Positions 9,342 through 18,624 of a stretch of DNA of 64,000 nucleotides are shown here, piece by piece. Every line of letters starts with the position of its first letter. Positions within the stretch are counted from its first letter, which is position 1. The translations under genes and the position numbers were made by a program. The notes beneath the pieces were generated by a model that had not been told where the DNA came from, made no database searches, and saw only the letters and a list, made by a program, of their open reading frames with translations. This DNA is from Candidatus Limnocylindrales bacterium (GTDB lineage Bacteria; Chloroflexota; Limnocylindria; Limnocylindrales; CSP1-4). Location: the NCBI GenBank assembly GCA_038204565.1, contig JBBRCU010000014.1, forward strand, positions 3,541-67,540, written 5' to 3'.

Positions 9342-9437
9342 CGAGGCGATGGTACGACGAGCGACCCGATCAGCTCCGCTTCGGGCCGTATGGCGACGGA
9401 TCAAATGTCGAGCACCTCGCGCGCCGGGGCCGATCCC

Positions 9438-9454
9438 GAGTCAGGTGGTGACTC
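9438..9454 (-). terminator. Hairpin GAGTCA-N5-TGACTC, 14 nt downstream of the HDAC-like gene stop
   Basis: gagtca(ggtgg)tgactc has the same TGAGTCA/TGACTCA arm sequence as the ends of the 106-nt repeat. Its position fits a terminator or REP-like stem-loop. Confidence 0.4.
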
Positions 9455-9467
9455 TGCGAACGCGGCC

Positions 9468-10580
9468 CTAGCGATCCGAGCCGTGCTGGCCAAAACCAGC
9501 GGCCGGCAGCGGCTCGTAGGCGCGTCCCTCGGCCCCGCGCAACCAGGCCCGCGCGTTCGCACCGAGCGACGGCCGGTGGTAGCCGCCTTCCTGGAGGATC
9601 ACCAGACACCGGCCCAGCGCCGCGGTCCGCCGCCCGCACTCGTGGTAGACGGCGGTGGTCAGGGCGAAGTCGCCGATCGGATCGTGGCCATAGGTGTCGA
9701 ACCCGAGTGACACGACGACGACATCGCCCGCCGTCGCCGCGATCGCCGCCAGCCCGCGATCCAACGCCGCGAGGTACGCCTCGTCGTCCGTGCCCGCCGG
9801 CAGCGGGATGTTCAGGTTCGCGCCGCTCCCCTCGCCCTCGCCGGTCTCGTCGGCCCGGCCCAGGAAGAACGGGTACTGCCGCTCCGGGTCGGCGTGGAGC
9901 GAGACGTACAGGACATCGCCGCGGCGCCAGAAGATCTGCTGGGTTCCGTTGCCATGGTGGTAGTCGACGTCGAGGATCGCGACCCGCTCACCCGTCCGCC
10001 GCGCGATCGACTCTGCGGCGATCGCGGCGTTGTTGAAGAAGCAGTAGCCCCCGGCCATCGAGCGCGCGGCGTGGTGACCAGGCGGGCGGCACAGGCCGTA
10101 GGCCGCGCGCTCCCCGCCCAACACGAGATCGGCCGTCGTCAGCGCCACGTCGACGGCGGCCCGGGCGGCGCCGGCGGTCCCGGCGACGAGCGGGTTGGCG
10201 GTGTCGAGACCCCACCAGCCGGCCCGGCCGGCCGCGTTCCGGGTCTCGGCCCGAGAGGCCAGGAACTCCGGGCTCATACCCTCGAACATCCGGAAGTTCG
10301 GATACGTGTCAGCGATCAGGTTGGGCCGGTCGAGGCTCTGCGCCCGGGCCTCGCGCCACGCCTCCTCGACATACCGGACGAGGCCTTCGTCGTGGACCGC
10401 GAGGATCGGCTCGGTCCCGTGCTCGGTCGGACCCTCGATGTCGAATCCACCGTCGGCCTCGAGCGCGGTCCGGATCCGCTCGGCCCGCTCGGCGACCTCG
10501 TTGGCCGGGATCACGGCGCCCATCACCGTCTCGGTCACCGTGTCGTGGGCGAGGTGGGCGGGGCTGTAGACGACGCGCAC
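9468..10580 (-). CDS. Histone deacetylase-family amidohydrolase (acetylpolyamine/acetoin-utilisation type)
   Basis: CRPPGHHA, GYCFFNNAA, DVDYHHGNGTQ, GFDTYGHDP and EGGY are present. Confidence 0.9.
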   Translation of the reverse strand: MRVVYSPAHLAHDTVTETVMGAVIPANEVAERAERIRTALEADGGFDIEGPTEHGTEPILAVHDEGLVRYVEEAWREARAQSLDRPNLIADTYPNFRMFEGMSPEFLASRAETRNAAGRAGWWGLDTANPLVAGTAGAARAAVDVALTTADLVLGGERAAYGLCRPPGHHAARSMAGGYCFFNNAAIAAESIARRTGERVAILDVDYHHGNGTQQIFWRRGDVLYVSLHADPERQYPFFLGRADETGEGEGSGANLNIPLPAGTDDEAYLAALDRGLAAIAATAGDVVVVSLGFDTYGHDPIGDFALTTAVYHECGRRTAALGRCLVILQEGGYHRPSLGANARAWLRGAEGRAYEPLPAAGFGQHGSDR

Positions 10581-10641
10581 GAGGGCATCCTCCTCGGGTG
10601 AACGGATCGCCCGGAGCGGCGGCGCCGGCGCGCAGCGAATC

Positions 10642-11595
10642 CTAACCGCCGAGGATCTCCGCCGTCACCTCGTCCGGACGGTAGCGGAGGAGGTTGTGGC
10701 CGGGCGCCGGCACGTCGCGGATGGTCAGCCCGCCCGGCGCGGACCACGGGGGCCGGGCCTCGCCGGCGGTCTCGAGCGCCGCCTCGTCGCCGGGAGTGAC
10801 CCGCCGGATCGCGACGATCGGCGCGACGACGCGTCCGAGGACGGCGTCCGGCCGATACCCGAACATCGAGCGGACCGCCGCCTCGAGGGCATGCGGCCGG
10901 GTCGCCGAAACGAGCCGCCCGGCGGGTGTCTCGACAACCGCGGCCCGGGCCGCCCGCTCCTGGTCGCGGTCCCACGTCGCCCGGTTCCAGTCGCGCCGGT
11001 CGGCGAGATAGGCAGCCATTGAGCGCATCACGGCCGGCGGCTCGTCGAGGCCGCGCAGGAATTCATCGACATCCATCCCGGTCGAGGTCGGGAGGTGGTC
11101 GAGCCCGCCGTCGATCAGGACGAGGCGGGCGCACCGATCGCCGAGTGTCGCGGCCGCAACGGCCGCGACGATCGCGCCGAACCCGTGCCCGACAACCACG
11201 ACCGCGGCAGCCTCGGCGACCCCTGCTTCGAGGTCCAGCACCCCCGAGCCCTCGGCAACCGCCACGACGTCCTCGCCGAGCACCGCGAGGTCGTAGGCTC
11301 CGTCGTCGGTCGGGGCGTCGGACAGGCCGTGACCGCGCAGGTCGAGCGAGACCGTCCGCCGTACGGCGATCAGCCGGCGGGCGACCGGCGCCCAGGCCCA
11401 GGCGCTCCCGGCCAGGCCATGGACAAGCACGACGCCGGGCAGCCCGCTTCCTCCCCAGTCGAGAAAGTGAATCCGGTCCCCGGGCTCGACCACGACGACG
11501 AAGCCGGGCGGATCGCCGGCGTCGGGATCGGACGCGTGAGGATCGGACGCGTGAGGATCGGTGGCGGGCCGATCGCTGCGGGACGGATTGGTCAC
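10642..11595 (-). CDS. Alpha/beta-hydrolase fold protein with Gly in place of the nucleophile Ser (GHGFG)
   Basis: It has the oxyanion HG motif VVLVHGLAGSAWAW and the nucleophile-elbow strand AAVVVVGHGFGAIVAA. A C-terminal APGHNLL supplies the His. The start is taken at GTG 11595 to avoid overlap with the divergent gene. Confidence 0.75.
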   Translation of the reverse strand: MTNPSRSDRPATDPHASDPHASDPDAGDPPGFVVVVEPGDRIHFLDWGGSGLPGVVLVHGLAGSAWAWAPVARRLIAVRRTVSLDLRGHGLSDAPTDDGAYDLAVLGEDVVAVAEGSGVLDLEAGVAEAAAVVVVGHGFGAIVAAVAAATLGDRCARLVLIDGGLDHLPTSTGMDVDEFLRGLDEPPAVMRSMAAYLADRRDWNRATWDRDQERAARAAVVETPAGRLVSATRPHALEAAVRSMFGYRPDAVLGRVVAPIVAIRRVTPGDEAALETAGEARPPWSAPGGLTIRDVPAPGHNLLRYRPDEVTAEILGG

Positions 11596-11608
11596 GCCGC
11601 TACGATAG

Positions 11609-12025
11609 GTGGCGATGCCGAAACGCCGCCGCGGGTCCCGCAGCGCCGGTCCGCGACCCGCGGCCGGCCACAGCCGCTTCGAGCGACTCGTCGAACGCGC
11701 GCTCGCGGGCATCCCCGCCCCCTTCCGTGACGCGCTTGCCGAGGTCGCCATCGTCGTCGAGGACGAGCCGAGTGCCGAGCAGCGCCGCGAGAACGACCTC
11801 GCCGCCGACGAGGACCTCTACGGCCTCTACGAGGGCGTGCCGCGGACCGAGTACGCGGCCGACTGGGCGGCGATGCCGAACCGGATCACGCTCTTCCGGC
11901 TGCCGCTCGAGGAAGACTTTCCGGACCCGGCGGAGCTCGCCGATGAGGTCCGGATCACCGTGATCCACGAGCTCGCCCACCACCTCGGGATCGATGACGA
12001 TCGGCTCGAGGAACTGGGTGTCTGA
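11609..12025 (+). CDS. Small zincin-like metallopeptidase family protein (HExxH)
   Basis: The 138-aa ORF ends ...VIHELAHHLGIDDDRLEELGV. This is a conserved minimal zincin architecture. An alternative ATG start lies at 11615. Confidence 0.75.
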   Translation: MAMPKRRRGSRSAGPRPAAGHSRFERLVERALAGIPAPFRDALAEVAIVVEDEPSAEQRRENDLAADEDLYGLYEGVPRTEYAADWAAMPNRITLFRLPLEEDFPDPAELADEVRITVIHELAHHLGIDDDRLEELGV

Positions 12026-12079
12026 GCTGGAGGGCCGGGGTCGACGATCGCCGTCGCCGGCGTCGCTCCGTTTCCGGCC

Positions 12080-13117
12080 TCAGGACACCGCGGCGGCGGT
12101 CGGGCCAGGCAGTGGCGCAGCGGCTTCGAGCAGCTCAGTGAGACGCCCGACATCGATGTTCCCACCCGATGCGACGACGGCCACGCGCTCGCCGGCGTGG
12201 ATCGGGATCCGCCCGAACAGCACCGCCGCGAGCGCCGCTGCACCAGCCGGCTCCAGGACCTGCTTCATCCGCTCGAGGGCGAACCGCGTCCCAGCGAGGA
12301 TCGTGGCGTCGTCGAGGAGGACCAGCCCGTCGAGGTATCGGCGGCACATCGCGAGGGTCAGCACGCCGGCGAATGGCGCGGCGAGCCCGTCGGCGACCGT
12401 CTGCGGCTGGATCGTCACCGGCGCCCCGGCGGCGAAGGCCAGGCTCATCGCTGCCGCATCGACCGGCTCGACGCCGTAGACCCGGACGCCTGGCCGCGTC
12501 TCCTTCAGCGCCGCCGCCGTGCCCGCAATGAGGCCGCCCCCGCCGACGCCGACGACGACCACGTCGACATCCGGCAGGTCTTCGAGGATCTCGAGACCGA
12601 CGCTGCCGTGGCCAGCGATGACCGCGGCATCCTCGAACGGGTGGACGAAGGTCAGGCCTCGCTCACCGCGGATCCGCTCGAGCGCCGCGAACGCCTCGCC
12701 CACGTGCGCTCCCTCGAGGACGACCTCGGCGCCATAGCCGCGGCAGGCGGCCACTTTTGCCGGGTTGGCCCCGACGGCCATGACGACGGTGATCGGGACG
12801 CCGGCAGCGGCGCCGGCCCAGGCGTAAGCCTGTCCGGCATTCCCGGCCGACATCGTGATCGCCCCGCGCGCCCGCTGACCGGCGTCGAGCGTCGCGATCC
12901 GGTTCGTCATCCCGCGCGCCTTGAAGGAGCCCGTCTTCTGGAGATGCTCGGCCTTCAGGTGGAGACGCCCGCCGGCGAGGCGCGGGCCACCAGCTGCGGC
13001 GACGAACCGGGCCGCCGTCGCGCTGGAGAGGAGCGGGGTCCGGTGGACGCGAGACGCGATGACATCGCGCGCCGCAACGATCTCCGCGAGCAGGACGGAA
13101 CGGGGTTCGTCGGGCAT
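12080..13117 (-). CDS. Threonine/serine dehydratase (PLP-dependent, fold type II)
   Basis: HLKAEHLQKTGSFKARG (PLP Lys) and SAGNAGQA are present, with the glycine loop GVGGGGLIAG. Confidence 0.85.
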   Translation of the reverse strand: MPDEPRSVLLAEIVAARDVIASRVHRTPLLSSATAARFVAAAGGPRLAGGRLHLKAEHLQKTGSFKARGMTNRIATLDAGQRARGAITMSAGNAGQAYAWAGAAAGVPITVVMAVGANPAKVAACRGYGAEVVLEGAHVGEAFAALERIRGERGLTFVHPFEDAAVIAGHGSVGLEILEDLPDVDVVVVGVGGGGLIAGTAAALKETRPGVRVYGVEPVDAAAMSLAFAAGAPVTIQPQTVADGLAAPFAGVLTLAMCRRYLDGLVLLDDATILAGTRFALERMKQVLEPAGAAALAAVLFGRIPIHAGERVAVVASGGNIDVGRLTELLEAAAPLPGPTAAAVS

Positions 13118-13232
13118 CGCCGGAGTATGGCCGAAATGCCGATCGAATCGGGATCGATCCAGGCCAACCCGCCGTCACGAGAATGTCACGCGACTGCCGG
13201 GAATGGACTTGCGTGCTTGCGCAAACAGTGAC

Positions 13233-13559
13233 ATGATCGTGAGGATGCTGGACACGGCCCCCCTCGCCTCGTCGAGCGAATTCGACCGCCAGCGGTACGC
13301 CGCTGTTGGTCGCGCGCTCGCCGATCCGAAGCGCCTGTGCGTCCTCGAGTCGCTTGCCGCCGGCGAGGTTTCGGTGAGCGATCTCTCGACGCGGGTGGGG
13401 TGCCAGGTGCCCAACATGAGCCAGCACCTCGCCGTTCTCCGGAGCGCAGGCCTCGTCCAGAGCCGGCGCGACGGGTCGACGGTCTTCTATCGCCTCGCCG
13501 ACGTCCGCGTCCTCGAGGCCTATCGGCTCATCCAGAGCCTGGCCGGCCAGGGCGCCTGA
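13233..13559 (+). CDS. ArsR/SmtB-family transcriptional regulator
   Basis: From the ATG at 13233: ...LADPKRLCVLESLAAGEVSVSDLSTRVGCQVPNMSQHLAVLRSAGLVQSRRDGSTVFYRL. The rest of track ORF 12921..13559 is a spurious 5-prime extension. Confidence 0.85.
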   Translation: MIVRMLDTAPLASSSEFDRQRYAAVGRALADPKRLCVLESLAAGEVSVSDLSTRVGCQVPNMSQHLAVLRSAGLVQSRRDGSTVFYRLADVRVLEAYRLIQSLAGQGA

Positions 13560-13622
13560 GCGAACCCGGATCGTCCGCAGCCTCACCCGCGCGCATCTCG
13601 CGGGAGGAAAGGAACCTCACTC

Positions 13623-13988
13623 ATGTCGATCCAGCACGCAACAGACGAGACGTTCGAGCAGCTCGTCCTGAAGAATGACAAGCCGGTCGTCGTCGACTTC
13701 TGGGCCACCTGGTGCGGACCCTGCAAGGTCGTCGCTCCGGAGATGGAGAAGATCGCCGCCAAGTACGAGGGCGCGGTCGATGTCGTCAAGGTCGATGTCG
13801 ACGCCAACCCGCGGATCTCGCAGGCGTTCAACATCATGAGCATCCCGACGATCGCCTTCTTCCGCCCCGGCGAGCAGCCGATGGGCGTCGCGGGCGCCCG
13901 GCCGATGGAGGCCCTCGAGGCTCACTTCGGACTGGCCCAGTACGCGCTCGACAAGGCCGACGCCGAGGTCGCGACCTCCGAGGCCTGA
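13623..13988 (+). CDS. trxA: Thioredoxin
   Basis: The WCGPC active site is present (VVDFWATWCGPCKVVAPE) and MSIPT supplies the cis-Pro. It is 121 aa. Confidence 0.95.
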   Translation: MSIQHATDETFEQLVLKNDKPVVVDFWATWCGPCKVVAPEMEKIAAKYEGAVDVVKVDVDANPRISQAFNIMSIPTIAFFRPGEQPMGVAGARPMEALEAHFGLAQYALDKADAEVATSEA

Positions 13989-14017
13989 GGCGCGGCCAGG
14001 ACCCGGCCGCAACCACG

Positions 14018-14052
14018 GACGCCGTCTCAGCGAGAGACGGCGTCTTCGATTC
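14018..14052 (+). terminator. Rho-independent terminator after trxA
   Basis: A perfect 11-bp stem, gacgccgtctc / gagacggcgtc with loop agcga, is followed by the T-rich tail ttcgattct. Confidence 0.7.
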
Positions 14053-14089
14053 TCGTCTCGCTCACGGCCCCTGCGGCGGGACTGGCGCG

Positions 14090-14455
14090 TCAGGATTCGC
14101 GGGCGACGGTCGCGCGGCGGTAGGCGCTCTGGAACCACGCCTCAGCGCGATCGACGGCCGGATCGTCGAGGACCGTGGGCGCGAACGCCACCCAGCCGGG
14201 ACCGCGCGGCGACGTCGCCGCATCCGGCGTCCGGAGGGCAGCCCGGGCGACGGCCGGGTCGAGCTGGAACTCTGCCCACTCCCCGGTCAGGGTCGCGAAC
14301 GGCCGGCCGCCAGCGGACCAGGTCGTGCCCGCATCGCCCGCATCGACCGTGATGGCGGCGAGGTCGTCGGCTGCCGCCGCGAGAACGTCGGCAAGCGTCA
14401 AATCGGAAACCGGCTCGTCGTCCGCCCAGGCGCCGCGGAGGAACTCGTCGGTCAT
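14090..14455 (-). CDS. Hypothetical protein (possibly YjbR/MmcQ-like)
   Basis: MTDEFLRGAWADDEPVSDL...GWVAFAPTVLDDPAVDRAEAWFQSAYRRA. Its ATG overlaps the upstream stop (ATGA at 14452-14455). The rest of track ORF 14090..14998 is out of register with the real upstream gene. Confidence 0.6.
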   Translation of the reverse strand: MTDEFLRGAWADDEPVSDLTLADVLAAAADDLAAITVDAGDAGTTWSAGGRPFATLTGEWAEFQLDPAVARAALRTPDAATSPRGPGWVAFAPTVLDDPAVDRAEAWFQSAYRRATVARES

Positions 14456-14934
14456 CGTCCGACCGCAGCCAGGATCGCTGCCAGATCCGCCTCGTGATCG
14501 GCGTAGTGCTCGGTCGTCTCCTCGTAGAAGAAGCGCTGTTGTCCGGCATTCTTGAGCCAGCGTGTCTCGGGCACGACGGTCAGGTAGCCGCGGAGCTCGC
14601 CGGCGACCCGGGCGAACTCCTGGCGGACCTCGCCGATCGTCTTCGACCGCCAGCCGGCCTCGGCCTCGGCGTTCACGACGTCCCCGCCGCGGTCCTCCCA
14701 GTCGGCCTCGGCCTCCTCGCGGGTCCTCGACTGCTCCCCGAGGGCGAGCTCCTTGGCCACATCGAGCGACAGCAGCTGCCAGGTCAGGAGGTGGCCCATC
14801 AGGTCGCGCCCGGACCAGCCATGGGCGCTCTCGACGGGTCGCTCGAGCTCCTCGTCGGAGAGGAGTGTCAGGGCCTCGTAGGGCCGCCAGGCGTCGCGCT
14901 CGTCTTCGAGAAAGGAGAGGGCGTCGGTGTACAT
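14452..14934 (-). CDS. DinB-like (DinB_2 / mycothiol-dependent enzyme N-terminal fold) protein
   Basis: From the ATG at 14934: MYTDALSFLEDERDAWRPYEAL...GWSGRDLMGHLLTWQ...EETTEHYADHEADL. This is a four-helix DinB-type pattern with conserved His residues. Confidence 0.7.
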   Translation of the reverse strand: MYTDALSFLEDERDAWRPYEALTLLSDEELERPVESAHGWSGRDLMGHLLTWQLLSLDVAKELALGEQSRTREEAEADWEDRGGDVVNAEAEAGWRSKTIGEVRQEFARVAGELRGYLTVVPETRWLKNAGQQRFFYEETTEHYADHEADLAAILAAVGR

Positions 14935-15026
14935 CGGCCCATCGTAGTTGGAGCGGTGCCCGAGACGCGCGGGAGACCGGCCCGCGGTACGGTTCCAACC
15001 GCCGGTCGGGCTGACGGAGCGGAACG

Positions 15027-16799
<1,773 letters not shown>

Positions 16800-16875
16800 G
16801 GCGCGGAGCCTAGCACGGGGCTTCCGACGGTCGGCCGGGCCGGCGTTCTAGCCGGGACGACAGGCGCGCCGGCGG

Positions 16876-17109
16876 TCAGCGAGCGAGCGGGGGCGCCGAC
16901 GAAGCCGGAGCGGCGGGCGTCGTTGTCGACGGGTTCCCGGCGACCGGCAGCGGCGGGGCGGTCCGCGAGCGCGTGGGCGGGTTCACCCGGACGCGCGAGC
17001 CCTTGCGGATCGAGCGGAGGAACAGGAGCACCTCGACAACGGTCACGATCGGCAGGATGCGCCGGGGCAGAACGCGCAGGAGCAGCAGGCGGGCAGCGGT
17101 CTTCAGCAT
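16876..17109 (-). CDS. Small hypothetical protein with an N-terminal hydrophobic helix
   Basis: The 77-aa ORF MLKTAARLLLLRVLPRRILPIVTVVEVLLFL... has a very high third-position GC, as real genes here do. It sits between the lipoprotein gene and the mutase large subunit on the same strand. Confidence 0.5.
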   Translation of the reverse strand: MLKTAARLLLLRVLPRRILPIVTVVEVLLFLRSIRKGSRVRVNPPTRSRTAPPLPVAGNPSTTTPAAPASSAPPLAR

Positions 17110-17217
17110 CGTCCGATGATCCGACCCGGCCGGGGCCGAGCGGGCTTCCTGAAATGGGCCGGACCTCTCGAATGCGTTGCGAGTTGCGCCGAACCGGGAA
17201 CCGCAGCCGGCGAACGG

Positions 17218-17883
17218 TCAGCTGCCGAACGCGTCGACGGCGGCGCGAACGACGGCGTCGTGGGCCTCCTTCGTCTGGATCTCCCGGATGAAGTCGGCGA
17301 TGACCGCGACCTCGATCCGGCCGGGCCCCTGCCAGACGACGACCGACTGGTACGACTCGCCATTGAGGACGTCGAGACGCCGGCCGCTGATCGCCGGGGT
17401 GACGGGATAGGTGCTGGTGTCGACCGAGGTGACGTTCTTGCCGTTGCGGGCACCGGTTTCGTAGAACTCGGCCAGCCAGGCCGGATCGAGGACCGTCCCG
17501 TCGACGGTCGTGAACATCGCGAGGCTCAGGCCACTGTCGGTGCCGGTCGACCAGGTGGCGCCCGCGAACCGGATCTCCTTGATGCCGTGGCCGGCGAGCG
17601 TCCCGAGACCCTTCGCCGTGCAGGCGCGGCCGGAATCGACCTCGCCCGGGGCAGTCCCCTTGTACGCCTTCGGCACCGTTGCCTCGAGATCCGGATAGGC
17701 GCCCGCCGCACTGCCGTCCGCCGTGCACGGGCCAGTCGGGTCGAAGGACGATCCGCAGGCGGCCAGGAGCAGCGGCGCGAAGAGGGCCAGGGTGGCGGCC
17801 ACGGTACGCCGCCGGACACCGCGTCCGGCGCCGCGGCGGATCGGCCGGCGCGCGACGGAGCCGAGCCGGGACAAGAGGGACAT
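17218..17883 (-). CDS. Lipoprotein, unknown function
   Basis: From the ATG at 17883: MSLLSRLGSVARRPIRRGAGRGVRRRTVAATLALFAPLLLAACGSS. This is a signal peptide with a lipobox LLAAC. The 45 upstream codons of the track ORF run through the repeat element. Confidence 0.75.
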   Translation of the reverse strand: MSLLSRLGSVARRPIRRGAGRGVRRRTVAATLALFAPLLLAACGSSFDPTGPCTADGSAAGAYPDLEATVPKAYKGTAPGEVDSGRACTAKGLGTLAGHGIKEIRFAGATWSTGTDSGLSLAMFTTVDGTVLDPAWLAEFYETGARNGKNVTSVDTSTYPVTPAISGRRLDVLNGESYQSVVVWQGPGRIEVAVIADFIREIQTKEAHDAVVRAAVDAFGS

Positions 17884-17936
17884 CGGGTCGATGATACGGC
17901 CCGCCGCCGATCGAGCCCAGGCACGGCCGCCGGCCC

Positions 17937-18042
17937 GTGAGTCAGCCGCTGACTCAGATCGACCGCCAGCGCGCTTGAAAGGGTCGGAATTGCGCCACGA
18001 CCACGCGTGCTTCCGCACCTACTGAGTCAACTGCTGACTCAC
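17937..18042. repeat. Copy B of the 106-nt structured intergenic repeat
   Basis: It matches 8247..8352 at 79/106 positions. Its 21-nt ends (17937-17957 and 18022-18042) are inverted repeats of each other at 19/21 positions. Each end is also self-complementary. Confidence 0.7.
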
Positions 18043-18515
18043 CGACCACCTCCGCTGGCATCGGCGGCCGGTCCTCCTGGGGTCAGTCTGATCCGTAATG
18101 GCGCGGCGGGCCGTCGCCGACCAAGGCGAGCCAGAACGCCGGGTCACTGGCTCCGGCGCTCCCGCTCTCGGTGACCGGTCGGCCGCGGAGCGGTGCGCCG
18201 CGACACCTGGTACGGCCGTCCCGGGGTGGTGCGTGGGTGCGCCCAACCATCGCCGCCCCAAAGTCGGGACCTGTCGGTCATTCCGTCGCGAGCCGGACCC
18301 GGCGTACGGTTCGACTGCGCCGTAACGCGAACATCCCGGGAACCACCTGGGGCGTCGGTCACGGATCAGGGGTCGGCCTTCGGTTCACTCGATGACGGTT
18401 CGAGCGCCGAGGATCCCGGACCCAGATCACGAGCCGAGTAACCACGGATCATCGGCCAGCAGGCCTGGGCCGCGGGACGGCAGAGCTCATCGCTCCGATT
18501 CATTCGCACGTCGAC

Positions 18516-18551
18516 GATCGCTCTCCGGGTTCTTCCGGGGAGCGATCTTTT
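18516..18551 (+). terminator. Intrinsic terminator-like hairpin with a T-tract on the + strand
   Basis: gatcgctctccgg / ccggggagcgatc forms a 13-bp stem with one mismatch, followed by tttt. On the minus strand it lies 73 nt downstream of the J-domain gene but has no U-tract there. Confidence 0.5.
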
Positions 18552-18624
18552 CGTGTGGGACCCAGGTGTGCCGGTGGAGGTTCGGTCGCTGGTCGCTGGT
18601 CCGCTGGTCGCCGGCGGGGCCCGA

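Noticed and set aside
10926-11963. 345-aa Arg/Pro-rich + strand ORF
   Set aside because: It is extreme low-complexity sequence (RRRS/PRPR runs) that overlaps two real genes on both strands. I treat it as a compositional artefact.
17954-18061. 35-aa ORF inside repeat copy B, preceded by AGGAGG (MPAEVVGESAVDSVGAEARVVVAQFRPFQARWRSI)
   Set aside because: Copy A keeps a similar reading frame (…SSVDSRWVGARVVVPPLRPVQAC) but has no start codon or SD. The SD spacing is 11 nt, which is long. The conservation is better explained at the nucleotide or structure level.
18043-18520. Search for RNase P, tmRNA, SRP/4.5S or 6S RNA in the large gene-free gap
   Set aside because: No GAGGAAAGTCCGGGC or ACAGAACCCGGCTTA (RNase P) is present. 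There is no tRNA-like 3-prime end or tag ORF (tmRNA) and no GGAAGCAGCC-type SRP domain IV. The identity remains open.
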